Translations under genes and position numbers: made by a program
Assembly: GCA_965644315.1 (NCBI GenBank)
Contig: CBFFRQ010000018.1
Coordinates: 620,001 to 684,000, forward strand
Direction: 5' to 3'
DNA: 64,000 nucleotides
DNA from: Caecitellus pseudoparvulus
Taxonomy: Eukaryota > Protista > Bigyra: Bicosoecida
Part shown: piece by piece, positions 11,509 to 24,000 of the stretch
Layout of the letters: every line of letters starts with the position of its first letter
Numbering within the stretch: position 1 is the stretch's first letter
The notes under the pieces: generated by a model
The model's database searches: none
The model's input: the letters and a program-made list of their open reading frames with translations, nothing else
Told to the model about the DNA's origin: nothing

Positions 11509-11836
11509 GTCGTGTTGGCGTGGTTGACAGCCGTAACGCTGGCAACGCGAAGACTGCCCGCTCCACGCAGGCGGGTTTCTCGAGGCCGCGGGTGCGCAGT
11601 TGCCGAGGGGAAGACAGAAGGTCGCATGAGGAAAATTACGCTTGTGGGATTTGTGCGCGAGTGCGGGTTGGCTGGTGCTGAGTTGGAGCAAGCCGCAGCA
11701 GCAGCGTTTCACGAGAGACTGCTGGTGCTGTGCATGGGTGCTCACCCGGAAAGGCTCCGCTCAGCAGTGACCCTGAAGGACACAACTGTCTTGGCGCTCG
11801 AACACCACCTCGACTCCAATCTGAGCAACGTCGCTC

Positions 11837-12660
11837 ATGCGTGTTGTCTTTGCACTTCTTCTGGCCGCTTGTGCTGGCAGCGAATCCCTGCGCACAGAGC
11901 CAGATTACTCCTCCATCGCAATTCATCCCGAAGGAACGATGGCAGCAACTGAGGCAGCAAAGAAACTCGCAACGTTTGCGGCTGGCTGCTTTTGGGGAGT
12001 GGAGCTGACGTTCCAGCGCACCGCTGGCGTGCTGGCCACGGAAGTGCGTGTTGGGCAGCGCGCTGCGGAACTTGTGCCTTGGCATTCACCACGCTGCTCC
12101 CAAGCAGGTCGGGTACACGGGTGGAAAAGAGACTGCAAAGAACCCAACCTATGAGCAGGTATGCACTGGTTCCACTGACCATGCTGAGGCCGTGCGCATC
12201 GAGTTCGATGCTGAGAAGGTGACGTAAGTGGCGTGGAGGCTGGTCCTGGCGCAGAATCCGCGTGCTCAGCCTGGCTCCTGAGGCCCCCCTTACAGGTTCG
12301 CGGAGCTCCTGGACGTCTTCTTCGACAACCATGACCCTACAACCCTGAATGCGCAAGGCCCCGACGTGGGATCACAGTACCGCAGCGCAGTCTTCTACCA
12401 CGACGAGGAGCAGAAGGAGGCTGCCGAGGCTGCCATCAAGAAGTGGTCTGGGTCTTTCAGCAAGCCCATCGTGACACAGGTCCTCCCAGCCACCACTTGG
12501 TATGCTGCTGAAGACTACCACCAGAAGTACTTGGAGAAGAAGGGCCACGATGCGTGCGTGGCTGCTCACCGGCGTTTAGCAGCGTTGCCCTCGAACCGCA
12601 CGTACTTTTCGCCCATTGTGCAGATGCCCCTTGGCAAGCCGCAAGAAGAGCAGTCACTGA
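11837..12660 (+). CDS. msrA: Peptide methionine sulfoxide reductase MsrA
   Basis: [54 protein letters not shown] and [11 protein letters not shown]; about 3 introns. The start is either 11837 (signal-like leader) or 11939, and the 3' end depends on an inferred intron. Confidence 0.92.
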
Positions 12661-12876
12661 TTGGTATTATCTCGCTGTGGGTTGGAGGACTGGGCTGCGC
12701 GCGGGGCAGTCTCAGCCCTAAGCCGGTGCTCGGCACCATCTTCGCAGAAGAAGGCTCAATGCAGCAATCGACACACTACACACCCCTCCTCACACACCTC
12801 ACGACATTCGTCTCAGTTCCCGTTGCTTGTAAGCAGGTACTGCTCTGTGTTCCCTCCCCTTCCCAACTCACTGACC

Positions 12877-13421
12877 ATGGTGTGTAGACCCCACATGTTC
12901 GGCAGGTGGAAGGATGAAGCATTTGTCACACCCGCCATGCTCCCCTGCCCAGGCTGCCCTCCGCAAGCTGGCCCCATTGGCTGACCGAGTGCTGGTGAAG
13001 CGCATCGTGCCAGAGCTCAAGGTATGTCGCCGCGTGTGGGCGGCAGTTCTTGCGTCTGCGGACATTGGTGCCCTGCCACATTCCGCAGTCTGTTGGCGGC
13101 ATCATTCTGCCTGAGACCCAGGCGAAGAAGAACGAAGGCGAAGTTGTCGCTGTGGGCCCTGGTGCTCTCTTGAAGGACGGCTCCCGCGCCCCCATTAGTG
13201 TGGAGGTCGGTGCTAAGGTGCGTCATCGCGCTGCTCTGTGTCAGCGTGTGAGGTGGCGCTGGGCCGTATTGCGCGCCAACACGCCCGCCCGCCTACGCCC
13301 TGAATGGTTGCAGGTACTGCTGCCCGAGTACGGTGGCACCAAGGTTGACCTGGGTGCTGATGGTGATGATGAGTTTGTCCTGTACCGAGATGACGACATC
13401 CTCGGAACTTTCGAGCGATGA
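12877..13421 (+). CDS. HSPE1: Mitochondrial chaperonin 10 (HSP10/GroES)
   Basis: Spliced LAPLADRVLVKR...SVGGIILPE...GEVVAVGPG...VLLPEYGGTKV...LYRDDDILG. An ATG-only first exon is inferred at 12877. Confidence 0.92.
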
Positions 13422-13969
13422 GGCAGGCTCAGCACAATGCACGCAGCGATTCTTGACATTCCTTGACCACCCACGCGGTCCCGTGACGTGAACATGCCCA
13501 AGCGAAAGTTGATCTCCTTTGCATGTAGCCTTGCTCTCGCCTGCGCTTCCAACTCTTCGATGAGAAGCGTCGGCAACGGAAGTCAGGCCGGCATGGGTGT
13601 CAAGCTCACACGAGAGCACAGACGCTAGGCACCGCCCACCTGGATGCCAAAATCGTAGCAGCCTTCTCAGTTTGTCCTTCGAGTTGGCCTTTCGTTCCGC
13701 CGTGCATTCTGTCACATTCTGCTTGGAGCATTGGGGATTGTTGCGTTGCAGCAGCGTTTTTGGCCCACCTGTAGTGAAGTCACTGGCAGAAGCCCAGTTC
13801 CCCGCTCGTGCAATTCCTGCCGACTCTCTGCAGCTGTAAGCGGTTCCACAAAGTACTTGAAATGCTCTTCTCCAACTCCCGACGCTGACGGTCCATGTTT
13901 GCGCAGGGGAACGTGAGGGCGTTCGTGGCAACTTCGAAGGACTCGCGGACATTTCTTCCAGCACCTGCA

Positions 13970-14929
13970 ATGGCAGCACACGGGTGAGGGGCATGCGCTG
14001 GCATCGTGCCCAGCCTTCCTCAGCCAAGTAGGACTTTGACCTGGTCCTGCCTTCACAGAAGCGCTTCGCAGCGCCGTCAGCGGCCAGCCTCCGCAGGCCC
14101 TGGTGTGCAGCAGCGCAGCAGGTGGGTTGGGTGGCGCGGTGGGGACGGCCGGGCAGCCCCAGCGCGTAGTCACGCGGTACGCAACTCCCCCGACCACAGG
14201 CATGCATTGACCCCCCAGCGAAGGGAGCGCCTTGAACGTCTTCATGAAGAAGCCATCGGCGGCCGCCGCAGTGCCAAGCGAAACCAAGGAGGGGTGGACA
14301 GGCCCCAGTCTGCCAGTGCTGGCACAGGCAGTCTCTCCAAGTTGAAGGTGGGGCATTTGCGCACGACAAAGGGTCTCATGTCACCCCTGATCTACAAGAA
14401 ACCAGGCCAGCGCCGCAGAGAAAGTGGCGCGTCCAAGCCGGCAGAGAAGCAGAAAGGACTTGCCGGCGCGCGGCCTCCATCAGAACCTCGCCACCTCAGC
14501 GTCACGTCGGCACGCAGGATGGATGCAGAGGACAGCTCCACGTGGTGGGACATGCCCCACCACACTAGTGCTCGGGGTGATGGCGCGCCCATGCCGCAGT
14601 ACGTCATTCGAAACAGGCAATTGGCTCAGATTGACGCTGAGAGGCCGAAGGACCGCCAGGTCCGCCGGCGCTCTGACATTTCCCAGTTCTACCTTGACAG
14701 CACAGGGGGCGTTGATCGGTATGACGCAGCCACGATGCAGGCAGGCATTGCAGCTGGCGCCTTTAGGCGCCGACGCAGCGACATTGGGGTCATGAGCATG
14801 GAACTGGAGTTTGGGCACACTCGCCCCATGCAGCAGTCGCCTGGCAACACTGGCACGTTTCGACTGGGCGTCACCGACGTAAACCGGGCAGCCCACATGC
14901 CTGACATGGCCGCAGCGTGGGGGGATTAA
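13970..14929 (+). CDS. Hypothetical basic, disordered protein
   Basis: Long ORF 14006-14929 with RPASA/RPQSA and RRRSD motifs. An ATG at 13970 followed by a GTGAG donor is plausible. No family recognised. Confidence 0.45.
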
Positions 14930-14981
14930 AGCAGCACTTTGCTGTCGTGCCATGCAGCTATTGCCAATGCAGAAACTCTGT

Positions 14982-15644
14982 CTATCTGGCGCTCCACGCG
15001 CTGTGGCGCAGGGTGGGCGGACTGTGGTGCTCCGCACACGCTGGCTGGTACATGTCCAAGTCCCCCACGAGGACCTGTTCAGAAGCTTCATCAGGGGACT
15101 GGCAGAGGCGCTGGGTGAAACGCGCGGGCCTGTTGCACGGCCCGGAGGCGGTGCCTTTCGTGCAGGCCGCGGCCAGGCGATGGGCGTGTGTGTGCAGGCC
15201 AGCCACCTGCCCAACCGGCAAGTCTTGCAGAAGCTTGAAAACGTCTTCCGTTTGCCCGAAGGGCTCTCCCTTGTAGTCATAGTCAAGGCCCGCCAGCAGC
15301 AAGGAGTGCTGGCAACTTGGCTGGAGCAGCAGCTTCGCGAATGGCAGGAGGTCAGGGAAGAACTGGGCTTCGTCCACCACAAACAGGACCGGGTGGGACG
15401 CACGCAGCGCCGCCCGGGCGGCAGGAAGCAGCTCTTGTGTCGTTTGTGCTGGAAGCTCCAACCCAGCTCTGGATCGAATGCTCGTCGTGGCTCCTGCCCA
15501 GCGCGTGTCCAGCCCGCTCTTCAGGCCAAGCACCGTCGAAAAGCTGGGACCCAGCAAGGCCGCGCCAGCGAGCAGGGCAGTGGATTTTCCGGAAGCCATG
15601 GGCCCTGTAAACAATGCCACACTTCGGTGGCTCGCGGAGCTCAT
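14982..15644 (-). CDS. TK1: Thymidine kinase (TK1 family)
   Basis: P-loop GPMASGKST, DTR, SR, Walker B VDEAQFF, AGLDYDYKGEPFG, and a C-terminal lasso/Zn region (FTQR...VGDLDMYQPAC). Confidence 0.88.
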   Translation of the reverse strand: MSSASHRSVALFTGPMASGKSTALLAGAALLGPSFSTVLGLKSGLDTRWAGATTSIRSRAGLELPAQTTQELLPAARAALRASHPVLFVVDEAQFFPDLLPFAKLLLQPSCQHSLLLAGLDYDYKGEPFGQTEDVFKLLQDLPVGQVAGLHTHAHRLAAACTKGTASGPCNRPARFTQRLCQSPDEASEQVLVGDLDMYQPACAEHHSPPTLRHSAWSAR

Positions 15645-15846
15645 GCTGAATGGTCAGTGCAGCGTTCACAGGTGGCGCAGAGTGACCCTTTATGGTCCCG
15701 GAAATCCTGCAATTTCCGCAGAAATACTGTGCGGCACTGACTCCCACCCAGGGGCCATGCATTTGACAGATCTTAAGGCAGCACAGAACAGATCACGCTG
15801 TGTACACACAATGCTGGGCCATCTGGGTGGAGAAAGATTGCCCGGC

Positions 15847-16444
15847 TCACCGAATCGACTCAGGCTGCAAGTTGTCCTGCCTCATGCGCTGTCGAAGCTC
15901 CGCGGCCGTGTCTTCAAAGAGCGCAGCTTCGCGCTTACGTTGCAATGCCTGCGAGGGGCGCAAGAACGTTGGCTTTCAGCAGGGCCCTGTGCAGCCCCTC
16001 ACACGCAGTGCACGCACGTGCAACTTTGAGATGATTTCCTCCCGCTCTTCCTCCAGCTGCAGTCTAACATTTGGGGGAATGGCAACTGGCACCACTTCTC
16101 CATGGCGCTCCCTCTCCTTGAACTCGTTGACCATGTTATTCACCTGCATCCAGCACGTGTCGAGGCAGGTGGGTGTGCCCTGACACGCACTGCTGGCCAC
16201 CTGAGCCCACTTGCCATGGAGTCGTGCTCGGAAGCCCGCACCATCCAGCCGATTGCAATTCCTGCCGGGAGCATCACCATGCCTATGAAAAGAGGACAGT
16301 CGATTGAATCAGGACACCGCCTCAGGGGCCGAAGCAGTGCTTAGAGCTGCGCAATGACCACCCCCGGCACTCACCGACAGCAACCAAATACCGCAGCTGA
16401 GGGCTGGCCCGGGGAATGAATGCTCTGATCCACTCTGAATTCAT
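15847..16444 (-). CDS. Small single-pass membrane protein with coiled coil (about 120 aa, 3 introns including one GC-AG)
   Basis: Inferred spliced product MNSEWIRAFIPRASPQLRYLVAVGMVMLPAGIAIGWMVRASEHDSMVNNMVNEFKERE...LEEEREEIISKLHALQRKREAALFEDT...PESIR*. Confidence 0.55.
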
Positions 16445-16582
16445 GGTTGCCAGGAGAGCGAGCTGAGCTTCCGGGTGACATGTCCCGCCCTATGCTCCTG
16501 CTAGGGAGCCGGGGGTGTTCTCAAATGTGTGCAAACACCGTGCATTGCCGGCACCCGCCACGTAAGCTGCAGGCAAAGCACT

Positions 16583-19249
16583 TCACAGACCATTCCATTC
16601 GTCATCATCAGTTATGTCCCCTGCATCCATGGCAAAGCCAGTGCCAGCACTTGTGGCTGCTGGTGCAGCTGCAGCTGCCGCTGCAGATTGCTGGATGAGG
16701 TGCTGCCGCCTTGAATCCACTGCTGCCTGCGTGTCGGCCGCCGCAGAAGCAGCTGCTGGGGCATCCGCAACAGTCGGTGCGGGGGCACTGGGGGCTGCCA
16801 CAGCCCGGGCCGCCTCTGCCTCTCTGATACGAGCTGCCCGAGCTTCATCTTCAGCCTTGATTGTTGCGTCAGCAGCCGTTCGTTGTTCCAGCTTGCTGAA
16901 CAGGGTCTGGTCCAGCGCCGCAGTGCCCGCTTGCGCCGTCCCTGCCGCATCGGTGGCATCATCCCACCCATCCATGTCAAAACGGAACTCATCTGGCTCG
17001 AATGTGTCTGCAGCAGGCGCAGGTGCAGGTGCGGGGGCAGGGGCGGCTGGCGCTGGTGTCGGGGCCAGGTCCAGGGCATCATCCATAGCTGCTGCTAGCC
17101 CTGCGCCTGTCTCCGCCGCAGGAACCGGAGCCGGCGCTGAGTGTGCACCCGCTGGGATGCCCAAAGCAGTCGCGTACTGGGACATGCTGCTTTCACTACT
17201 GAATGGCTGTGCAGCGGGGGTCGGCTGCAGAGCTGCCGCCTTGGGAGGGGGCAGCTGGGCTGCCGCCCGCTTCGGCGCAGGTGCAGGAGCCGACGAGCGC
17301 CGAGAAGAGCCCGATGAGGTGGACTTCTTGGCCGGTGTGCGCTGCCGCTTTCGGGGGGCGCGCTTCTTGGGAGCATCGACGTACGGCACCGCCTTACCCA
17401 CGCATGGGTTGACATACTGCTGCAGGGCGCGGAGGGTGTCCGTGTCCATGGACGCCATGTCCAGCTCAATTTCCCCCGACTCCGGCACTTGCATGCGCTG
17501 CCGGACAAGGCGGACCACCTCCTCCATTTGGCTATCATTCAGTTGACCCACGTCGTTCGCCAGCTCTTGTTGTTCGCGCATGCTCAAGGGCTTGTTTGAG
17601 AGAACTTTGCCCGGCTGAGGCTGCGGGGCATGCGCGGCCGCTGGAGTGGTAGGCGTCGCAGCACCATTGTTACCAGCCACCATGGCTTGAAACGTGCTGA
17701 ACATGGTGGCCAGTTGAGAGGGGTCAGGTGGCCCATTGCCACCAACGCTGCTCATCATAGCCATCATCATGGCCATTTGCTGAGGGTCCATGCTGCCAGC
17801 CGCGGCCTGAGGAATGGAGGAGGGGAATGCTCCAGCGAGGGGTGCGGAGGCGAACGTGCCGCCAACAGATCCCGGCATGCTGCCTCCGTGCCCTGGGAAG
17901 CCGTCTCCACGGGCTTTCTTCGCAGAGGCCTGGGCTGCAGCCTCCTCTTCTCGCGCAGCACGCTCCCGCTTGCGGGACTTGGCATCGGCAGCAGCCTTGG
18001 CCTTGCGGGCCTTCTCTGCCCACTGCTCTTTGAGCTCTGCCATCTTCCTGCGGAACACTGCCTGTTCTTGCTCGGCCGCGGAGCGAGTGGGTGTGTTAAC
18101 GGGGTTGTACAGGATGGCGTTGCTGTAGATGAGCTCCATATCACGCTCAAAGTCTTCTGGGCCCTTGTAGTCGCCCCGCTTGATCTTGTCCTTCACTGTG
18201 CCATAGTCCATGGGGTGCTTGACGATGGTGAAGTAGTCAGGGATGTTCAAGGCCTCGGGGTCCACGGGCTCAGCAAAGAGGAACGCCTGCTTGGACTTGG
18301 ACATGGACTCCAACACGTTGAAACAGGCCCGGATCTCAGCTGTCATATCTGAGGAGAAGCCGATGGGCTCAGAGAGCCGCTTAGGAGCACTGCGCCGCCG
18401 CTGGGAGCGCGGCGCCGGAGAGAACTCCCCAGGGGATGGGCTGCGCCGGGGAGCTGCTGTCTTGTGCTTGGGCGGCATGACTTCGCCTTTCTTGTTTGGT
18501 CTGTTCGATGCGCGCATCATGGAGTACAAGCGCACCATGGCCATGTCACCGCTCGCTGGTGAAAACCACCCACGGAGTTGGAAGTCGCCATACCCATTTC
18601 GCCCTGCGCCGCGCAAGCCCGCCACAACGCCCGCAGACTCGGGGGGTTTGGGCGCGTCCACTGGCACCGGCCCCCCGAGCGCCACTACGTTTTCCTTCTC
18701 AAGAATTGTCAGGGTTTGAGTCGGGGCGGCTAGTTTGAAGTTCCCTGACACTGTGAAGATTACACCCGAGTGCTGTGCCCACTCTTCCGGCGTAGTGGGG
18801 CGCTCCAGCATGGCCTTGTCTCCCTCGTATTGGAAGGGGGACGTGACAACATCTCCTTGCACCATGCTCCACTGCCCCACCATGGAGGGCTTCCCCGCTG
18901 CATCCCACACCAACTTGCCGCTCATGTACGGTTTGACACCTGCCCGCTTCTCGTCAAATGGTGCATGCTTTGAAGGCGCCGCCAACGTGCTGATCAGCGC
19001 AGCCACATGCGCTGGCCAAGGCGCCGTAACAGGGGGTGGGCGTGCGATAGAGCTCCCCGCACTTGCTGCAGCGGGAGCGGCGGTCCCCGCTCCTGGGGCA
19101 GGGAGCGTGCCTGCTCCGCTTCCGGCGGATGAGGGGCCCGGACCACTGGTTGCCTGGAGTGGCTGCGCACTTGCTGCCGCAGTGGGCTGAGTAAGGGTAC
19201 CTGCAACGGTGCTGGGGGCTACTGGAACTGATGTGCTCTGGCTTTCCAT
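16583..19249 (-). CDS. BET-type bromodomain and extraterminal (ET) domain protein
   Basis: Bromodomain FLFAEPVDPEALNIPDYFTIVKHPMDYGTVK...NAILYN and ET domain LSMREQQELANDVGQL...EIELDMASMDTDTLRALQQYV. Confidence 0.9.
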   Translation of the reverse strand: MESQSTSVPVAPSTVAGTLTQPTAAASAQPLQATSGPGPSSAGSGAGTLPAPGAGTAAPAAASAGSSIARPPPVTAPWPAHVAALISTLAAPSKHAPFDEKRAGVKPYMSGKLVWDAAGKPSMVGQWSMVQGDVVTSPFQYEGDKAMLERPTTPEEWAQHSGVIFTVSGNFKLAAPTQTLTILEKENVVALGGPVPVDAPKPPESAGVVAGLRGAGRNGYGDFQLRGWFSPASGDMAMVRLYSMMRASNRPNKKGEVMPPKHKTAAPRRSPSPGEFSPAPRSQRRRSAPKRLSEPIGFSSDMTAEIRACFNVLESMSKSKQAFLFAEPVDPEALNIPDYFTIVKHPMDYGTVKDKIKRGDYKGPEDFERDMELIYSNAILYNPVNTPTRSAAEQEQAVFRRKMAELKEQWAEKARKAKAAADAKSRKRERAAREEEAAAQASAKKARGDGFPGHGGSMPGSVGGTFASAPLAGAFPSSIPQAAAGSMDPQQMAMMMAMMSSVGGNGPPDPSQLATMFSTFQAMVAGNNGAATPTTPAAAHAPQPQPGKVLSNKPLSMREQQELANDVGQLNDSQMEEVVRLVRQRMQVPESGEIELDMASMDTDTLRALQQYVNPCVGKAVPYVDAPKKRAPRKRQRTPAKKSTSSGSSRRSSAPAPAPKRAAAQLPPPKAAALQPTPAAQPFSSESSMSQYATALGIPAGAHSAPAPVPAAETGAGLAAAMDDALDLAPTPAPAAPAPAPAPAPAADTFEPDEFRFDMDGWDDATDAAGTAQAGTAALDQTLFSKLEQRTAADATIKAEDEARAARIREAEAARAVAAPSAPAPTVADAPAAASAAADTQAAVDSRRQHLIQQSAAAAAAAPAATSAGTGFAMDAGDITDDDEWNGL

Positions 19250-20388
19250 GGTACGCTGCTAGGTCTAAGGGTACTCGAGCACAAAAGCTGTGAAAGCACG
19301 GAGGAAGGCGGTGCAAAGCTGCAGCGCCCCAACGCAAATCAGGAAACGAGCCCTCAAACGTGTAGCTAAATCACTGAATGTGCCTATGCACAGGCACATG
19401 CGCCGGCCTGGCTCCGGGACACGCCAGCTTGCCGTTGCTCAAACGGCGCCGTTAGAGTCCGCACTGCATCACAATTCCGCACACCACCACTCCTGCTGCA
19501 GACGCACGCTGCAGGCTCCCTTTGAAGCCCTGGCACTAATCAGCGACAGAAAGGCACACAACATGAACACACCTACTCCTGTGAGAAACATGCACCGCTG
19601 AGCTCAGCTGCGGAAGGTCGCACACGTGCCAAGTTCTGCGTGCTGACGGGCAAGCCCAGGGGAGCCTGGCCCGGGTCAGGAAGCAGGAGGACGGGTGGGC
19701 TGCCAAGGCAGCGCCGGCTGCTCAACTATTGGGTGGAGTGTGCTCGTGGCTGCCCCCGGGGTGCAAACATGTCTTCAACATTTTCGCACCCCACATTTCG
19801 CTCGGGCGATGGGTTGTAGCGGCGGGGGGCTTCGGCATGCGAACGCCACAAGTTTGCATCATTCACGGGACGCATTTATGAACACCTACATCATCGTTTG
19901 CCGTGCACGCTGCCATCCCGGACGGGGCAGTCACTTCCAAGACGCGAACCTTTGACAGACTTGTGATTTGCTACGTGAGTACATATCATTGTTTCAGCGA
20001 TGCTCGCACTTTCGGGCAGGCTTGCTGGACACATCCAACTTCCGCACCCCGCCCGGCTTTGTGTCCTGCTGCCCGGTGCCCGGTGCCCTGCACCAGAGTC
20101 GAGCAGTCAAACTTGACCGCTAGCGAGTTTATTGCTTGTCTGTTGCCACCAGTGTGAAGTAGCGTCGTGAGGCGCCACCACTGGCAGCTGCAGGCAACTT
20201 TGGAGCTGCCCTGCCTGGCTCTGGCTCTGGCGCATGTCTGTCGCTCTGCCCAGGGTGTCCGCGGCTCTTGTCGGGCAGCAACGCGCGGCCAATCTGCCTT
20301 TCTTCTCTCAGAACCCCGCACCGTGCCCGCACTACAGATCCGGAGCTTCGAGTGCCCCTTTGCCCTCTCATCCCTCCAACCCTTCACA

Positions 20389-20805
20389 ATGGCCGCCGCC
20401 GAGATCATCTGGAGCGTGACCCGCAAGTCCAACGCCTTCCGCGTGAAGCGCAACGGCCTGGACCTGTCCCGCGAGCCAGTGAACGTCACCAACAAGCACT
20501 CGTACAAGACCTCTGGCTTCGTGCAGAAGTCCTTGAGCGTGGCTGCCTCTGCTGACGACAAGAAGATCAGCGTCGTCCTGCCCTCCACCAAGTACGCTGC
20601 TGCCCCTGCCAAGGCCATTCACTCCGTGGGTGTCTCCAACAACGTCGCTAAGGGCAACAAGACTGTGAACGCAGTCGCATGGAAGATCGCCGGCCGCCCT
20701 GACCTGCGCAACGCCGCTCTTGCCCGCGCCACCCGCCTGCACAAGGTGAAGGTGGGCAGCAAGGTCTACAAGCTGCGCCAGCACACTCGCCGCACCCAGG
20801 CTTGA
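20389..20805 (+). CDS. RPL28: 60S ribosomal protein L28 (eL28)
   Basis: EIIWSVTRKSNAFRVKRNG...LSREPVNVTNKHSYKTSG...RPDLRNAALARAT. Confidence 0.92.
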   Translation: MAAAEIIWSVTRKSNAFRVKRNGLDLSREPVNVTNKHSYKTSGFVQKSLSVAASADDKKISVVLPSTKYAAAPAKAIHSVGVSNNVAKGNKTVNAVAWKIAGRPDLRNAALARATRLHKVKVGSKVYKLRQHTRRTQA

Positions 20806-21062
20806 GTACGCTTTTGAGTCCATGGCTCGGGACCGGGCGTGGGGTGCCGCGTAGGCCACTGCACAACGGACACACCAGCAATTCAACAGACCTGTCAACA
20901 TTGCGCACTGAATACGCTGGCGTTATATCCTGCAAGCTCTGCGACCCTCGACTTGCCGCAGTGTAGGGGTGGCGTTTGAGCAAAACGCAGCAAAAACGCT
21001 GCATGCACCGGAACTGGGCGCTCTCCCTGCCCAGGCACCCCCTGTCGCAGGGCATTTCAGGC

Positions 21063-24000
21063 ATGCGAATCTGGGTTGCTGCACTGGCAGTTGCCTCGCT
21101 CGTGTGGGCCGCTCGTGGCGCATGCCCACGACATTGCTCAGGGCATGGCGTGTGTGGCGTAGGCAGCACATGTGCTTGCTCTCAAGGGTTCACCGGTGCT
21201 GATTGCTCACTCCGTGAGTGTCTTTGGCATGAAAACCTGCCGTCATAGCCAACTTGCCTTGCTGTGCTCGTATGCTCCCTTTGCCACCTCCTCAGGCCGG
21301 TGTGACAATGGCACGGCGTGGGCCGCCAAATCAAGGAGCAGCGACAACTTTGGCTCTGACTCAGCTCACCGAAAGGTTGAGTGCAGCGGAAACGGCATAT
21401 GCGATGCCAGCCTCGGCAGGTGCAGCTGCTTTCCTGGCTTCGAGGGCGTGGCTTGCCAGACAAGTAAGCTGCGTTGGTGCGCTGACTTGGCTGGCGTCCA
21501 ATTTCCGCACCCTTCCTCCGCTGCCCTCAAACACAGTGGCCTGTCCCAACGCCTGCTCGGAGCGGGGTTCCTGTATCTCTCTTACGACAGCCGGACGGCT
21601 GTATGGACCCGATGGTGGCCCACCGGACATGGATGGTGCCGGGCCCGCTTACGGGGTGGACTCACCGTCCAGCGGAGTTTGGGACGCCTCAGTCATGAGA
21701 GTGTGCGATTGTGACTGGGGATTTGCCGGTGCAGACTGCTCAGAAGGTGGGCATTCCCTTGAGCACTGCTTGTCCAATGCCTGACCAAGCCCCAACTACC
21801 ACTGCACCTCTCCGTTCTGCTTCGCAGTGCTCTGCCCAGTGGGAGATAACCCCTTCACTCAATCTCAGCAGCAGCTTGCCTTGCGCTTGGACCTCGATGA
21901 TGCAGGTACAGACCTGACAGGGACACCTGGGTTGCAGTTCTCCTTGAGGCTGCTGGGGCACCCTTCTGGGCACGTCGCGTTCAGCGAGGGCGCGTACGCT
22001 GGCACCACGTTGCAGCGAGAGGCATTTGCGGATGCGATGGAGGCTGCCATAGAGAGTAGCTTGCCAGTTTCAGCCGCCACCGTGCTGCCGATGGGCAGCG
22101 CCGGATCACAGCACAGCTATGCGGTGTTGCTCACGTTTGCGACGTCGCCGTTCTTCAACAATCTTCTCCTGAACATGGCAGCTCCCTCTGCAGGCTCGGT
22201 GACTTGCACGTTCTCTGACGTTCTGGAAGTTGAAAGTGCAGCCACGTGTTCAGTGTCTGCCTTGGATGTTGGCAAGGTTGTCGTCTCAGGTTTGAACTCG
22301 GCAAAGCACACGTACCGTCTGGCGGTCTTCCAGCAGCCAAGAAGTGCCCCGGCCACGGTCGTGGTGAGCGTCGATGCCGGCCCGTACATTACAGCCTCCC
22401 CATTCACAATGAGTGCAAGCGTGCCAGAGGACATCTCCGTCTTTGCCCCCGGAGCTCCTGCGGGCGATGTGACTGTTCTGTTTCCTGAGAGTGTTGGGCA
22501 CACACTTGGGGCTGTCTGGGAGGTCGGGCCTGCACTGGATGACACTGGGGCCGACTCCACATACGTGATCAAACCGGGCACCCGCGAAGTGCTTCCGTGT
22601 GGCGGTGTCGGAACATGCGACCATGGTACTGGTTCCTGTAGGTGCCCTGCTGGAACTTCTGGGCGTGCTTGCAGCGCACTGGATCTTGCGAACGAGGACG
22701 AGCCATCGTTGCCCATTCACGACGTGCTCGCTGCTGACCCTGCCTTTGATGGAACAATCATGAAAGTGCGCTCGACGCGTCCATATGGGTCCGATTTCAA
22801 GTTTTTTGAAGTCTCTGCTGCGGATCAGCCCCCCGCCCTGACTCTATTTGGCAACGGGATGCTTGAGACGAGGGACATCAGAGCAACTGGCTCCGCAACA
22901 GTGGGCAGCGGGGGGCTCATTGTGGATAATGATGGCATCACCATCACAGGAGGGGGGCTTGTGCTCCGAGATCACTCCAGTTCCAATGACCTCCATGTGC
23001 AGGATGGCCTAGTGCGCTTGAGCAGTGCGACAACAGCTGAGGATCATGTCGTGCTTCGCAGCTCTGCATTGACGGCTGCGGGCAAGTCTATGTTTCTCGT
23101 GCAAGGCCCTCCCTCAGCGAGTGTGAATGCCTTGCTCTTGGAGCAACTGGATGGGACCGACACTGTGAGTATTGATGGCACTGGCAACTTCAGGGCGCTC
23201 ATCGGAGATGCAGAAGTCTCAACTGGAGACCTTCGGGTTCTGCAGGGGCACTCGCTGCTGAACAATGACGCAGGCGTTGGCGCCAGCATCAGTGGGACAA
23301 CTCTGGGGGCAGATATCAGCAGTTCGTCAGTGGGTACTGGACTTGATGAGGGCACGCTCCGCGTACGTGCCGAGCATGCGGCGTTTGGTGGATCTGCTCT
23401 CATGGTGCAAGCCAACCGTGAGGGAGACACAGCGTTCAATTTGGTCCGGGTGTCTGCAAACACCGCAACAGCATCGGAAGACTACCTTCAAATTCGAGGA
23501 GATGGGTTGTTGCAGGCATTCAAGGGTGGGCAGGTCAATGAAGGATTCACAGTGCATGATGGTGGCCTTGACGTTGCTGATGGGGATGCGCGGGTTGACG
23601 ACCTGGTTCAGACAAACAAGGCAGGGGGTGTGTCCGTACTGGGCAGTTTCACCATGCCTGACGACCCTGGAGATCCTGCCAGCTCAGTTAGCATCGACAT
23701 CCTTGGCCAAGTTTCCGTCTCCTCCCAGTCTGGAGTGGACATCTTGGGCTCCACGGCAAGCGCAGGGTCCAGCCTGAGCAGTGGCAGCGGTGCACCGATC
23801 ACCATCAGAGGCGGTGAGAGCACAGGGATGGGAAGGCCGGCAGGTTCTGTTTCCATTATTGGTGGAGCGTCGTCCAGTTCCAGCGATACAGGGTCCGTGC
23901 TACTCTCCACAGCTGACGTAGGCGGGACTTCTGGCTCTGCATTCAGCGGCGACATCGTCCTCGCAACAGGGGGCATTCCAGGGTCTGGACCCGCAGCCTC

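Noticed and set aside
13241-14369. Minus-strand ORFs 13241-13576 and 13293-14369
   Set aside because: No recognisable domain or consistent splice model, and they overlap HSP10 and the plus-strand hypothetical gene.
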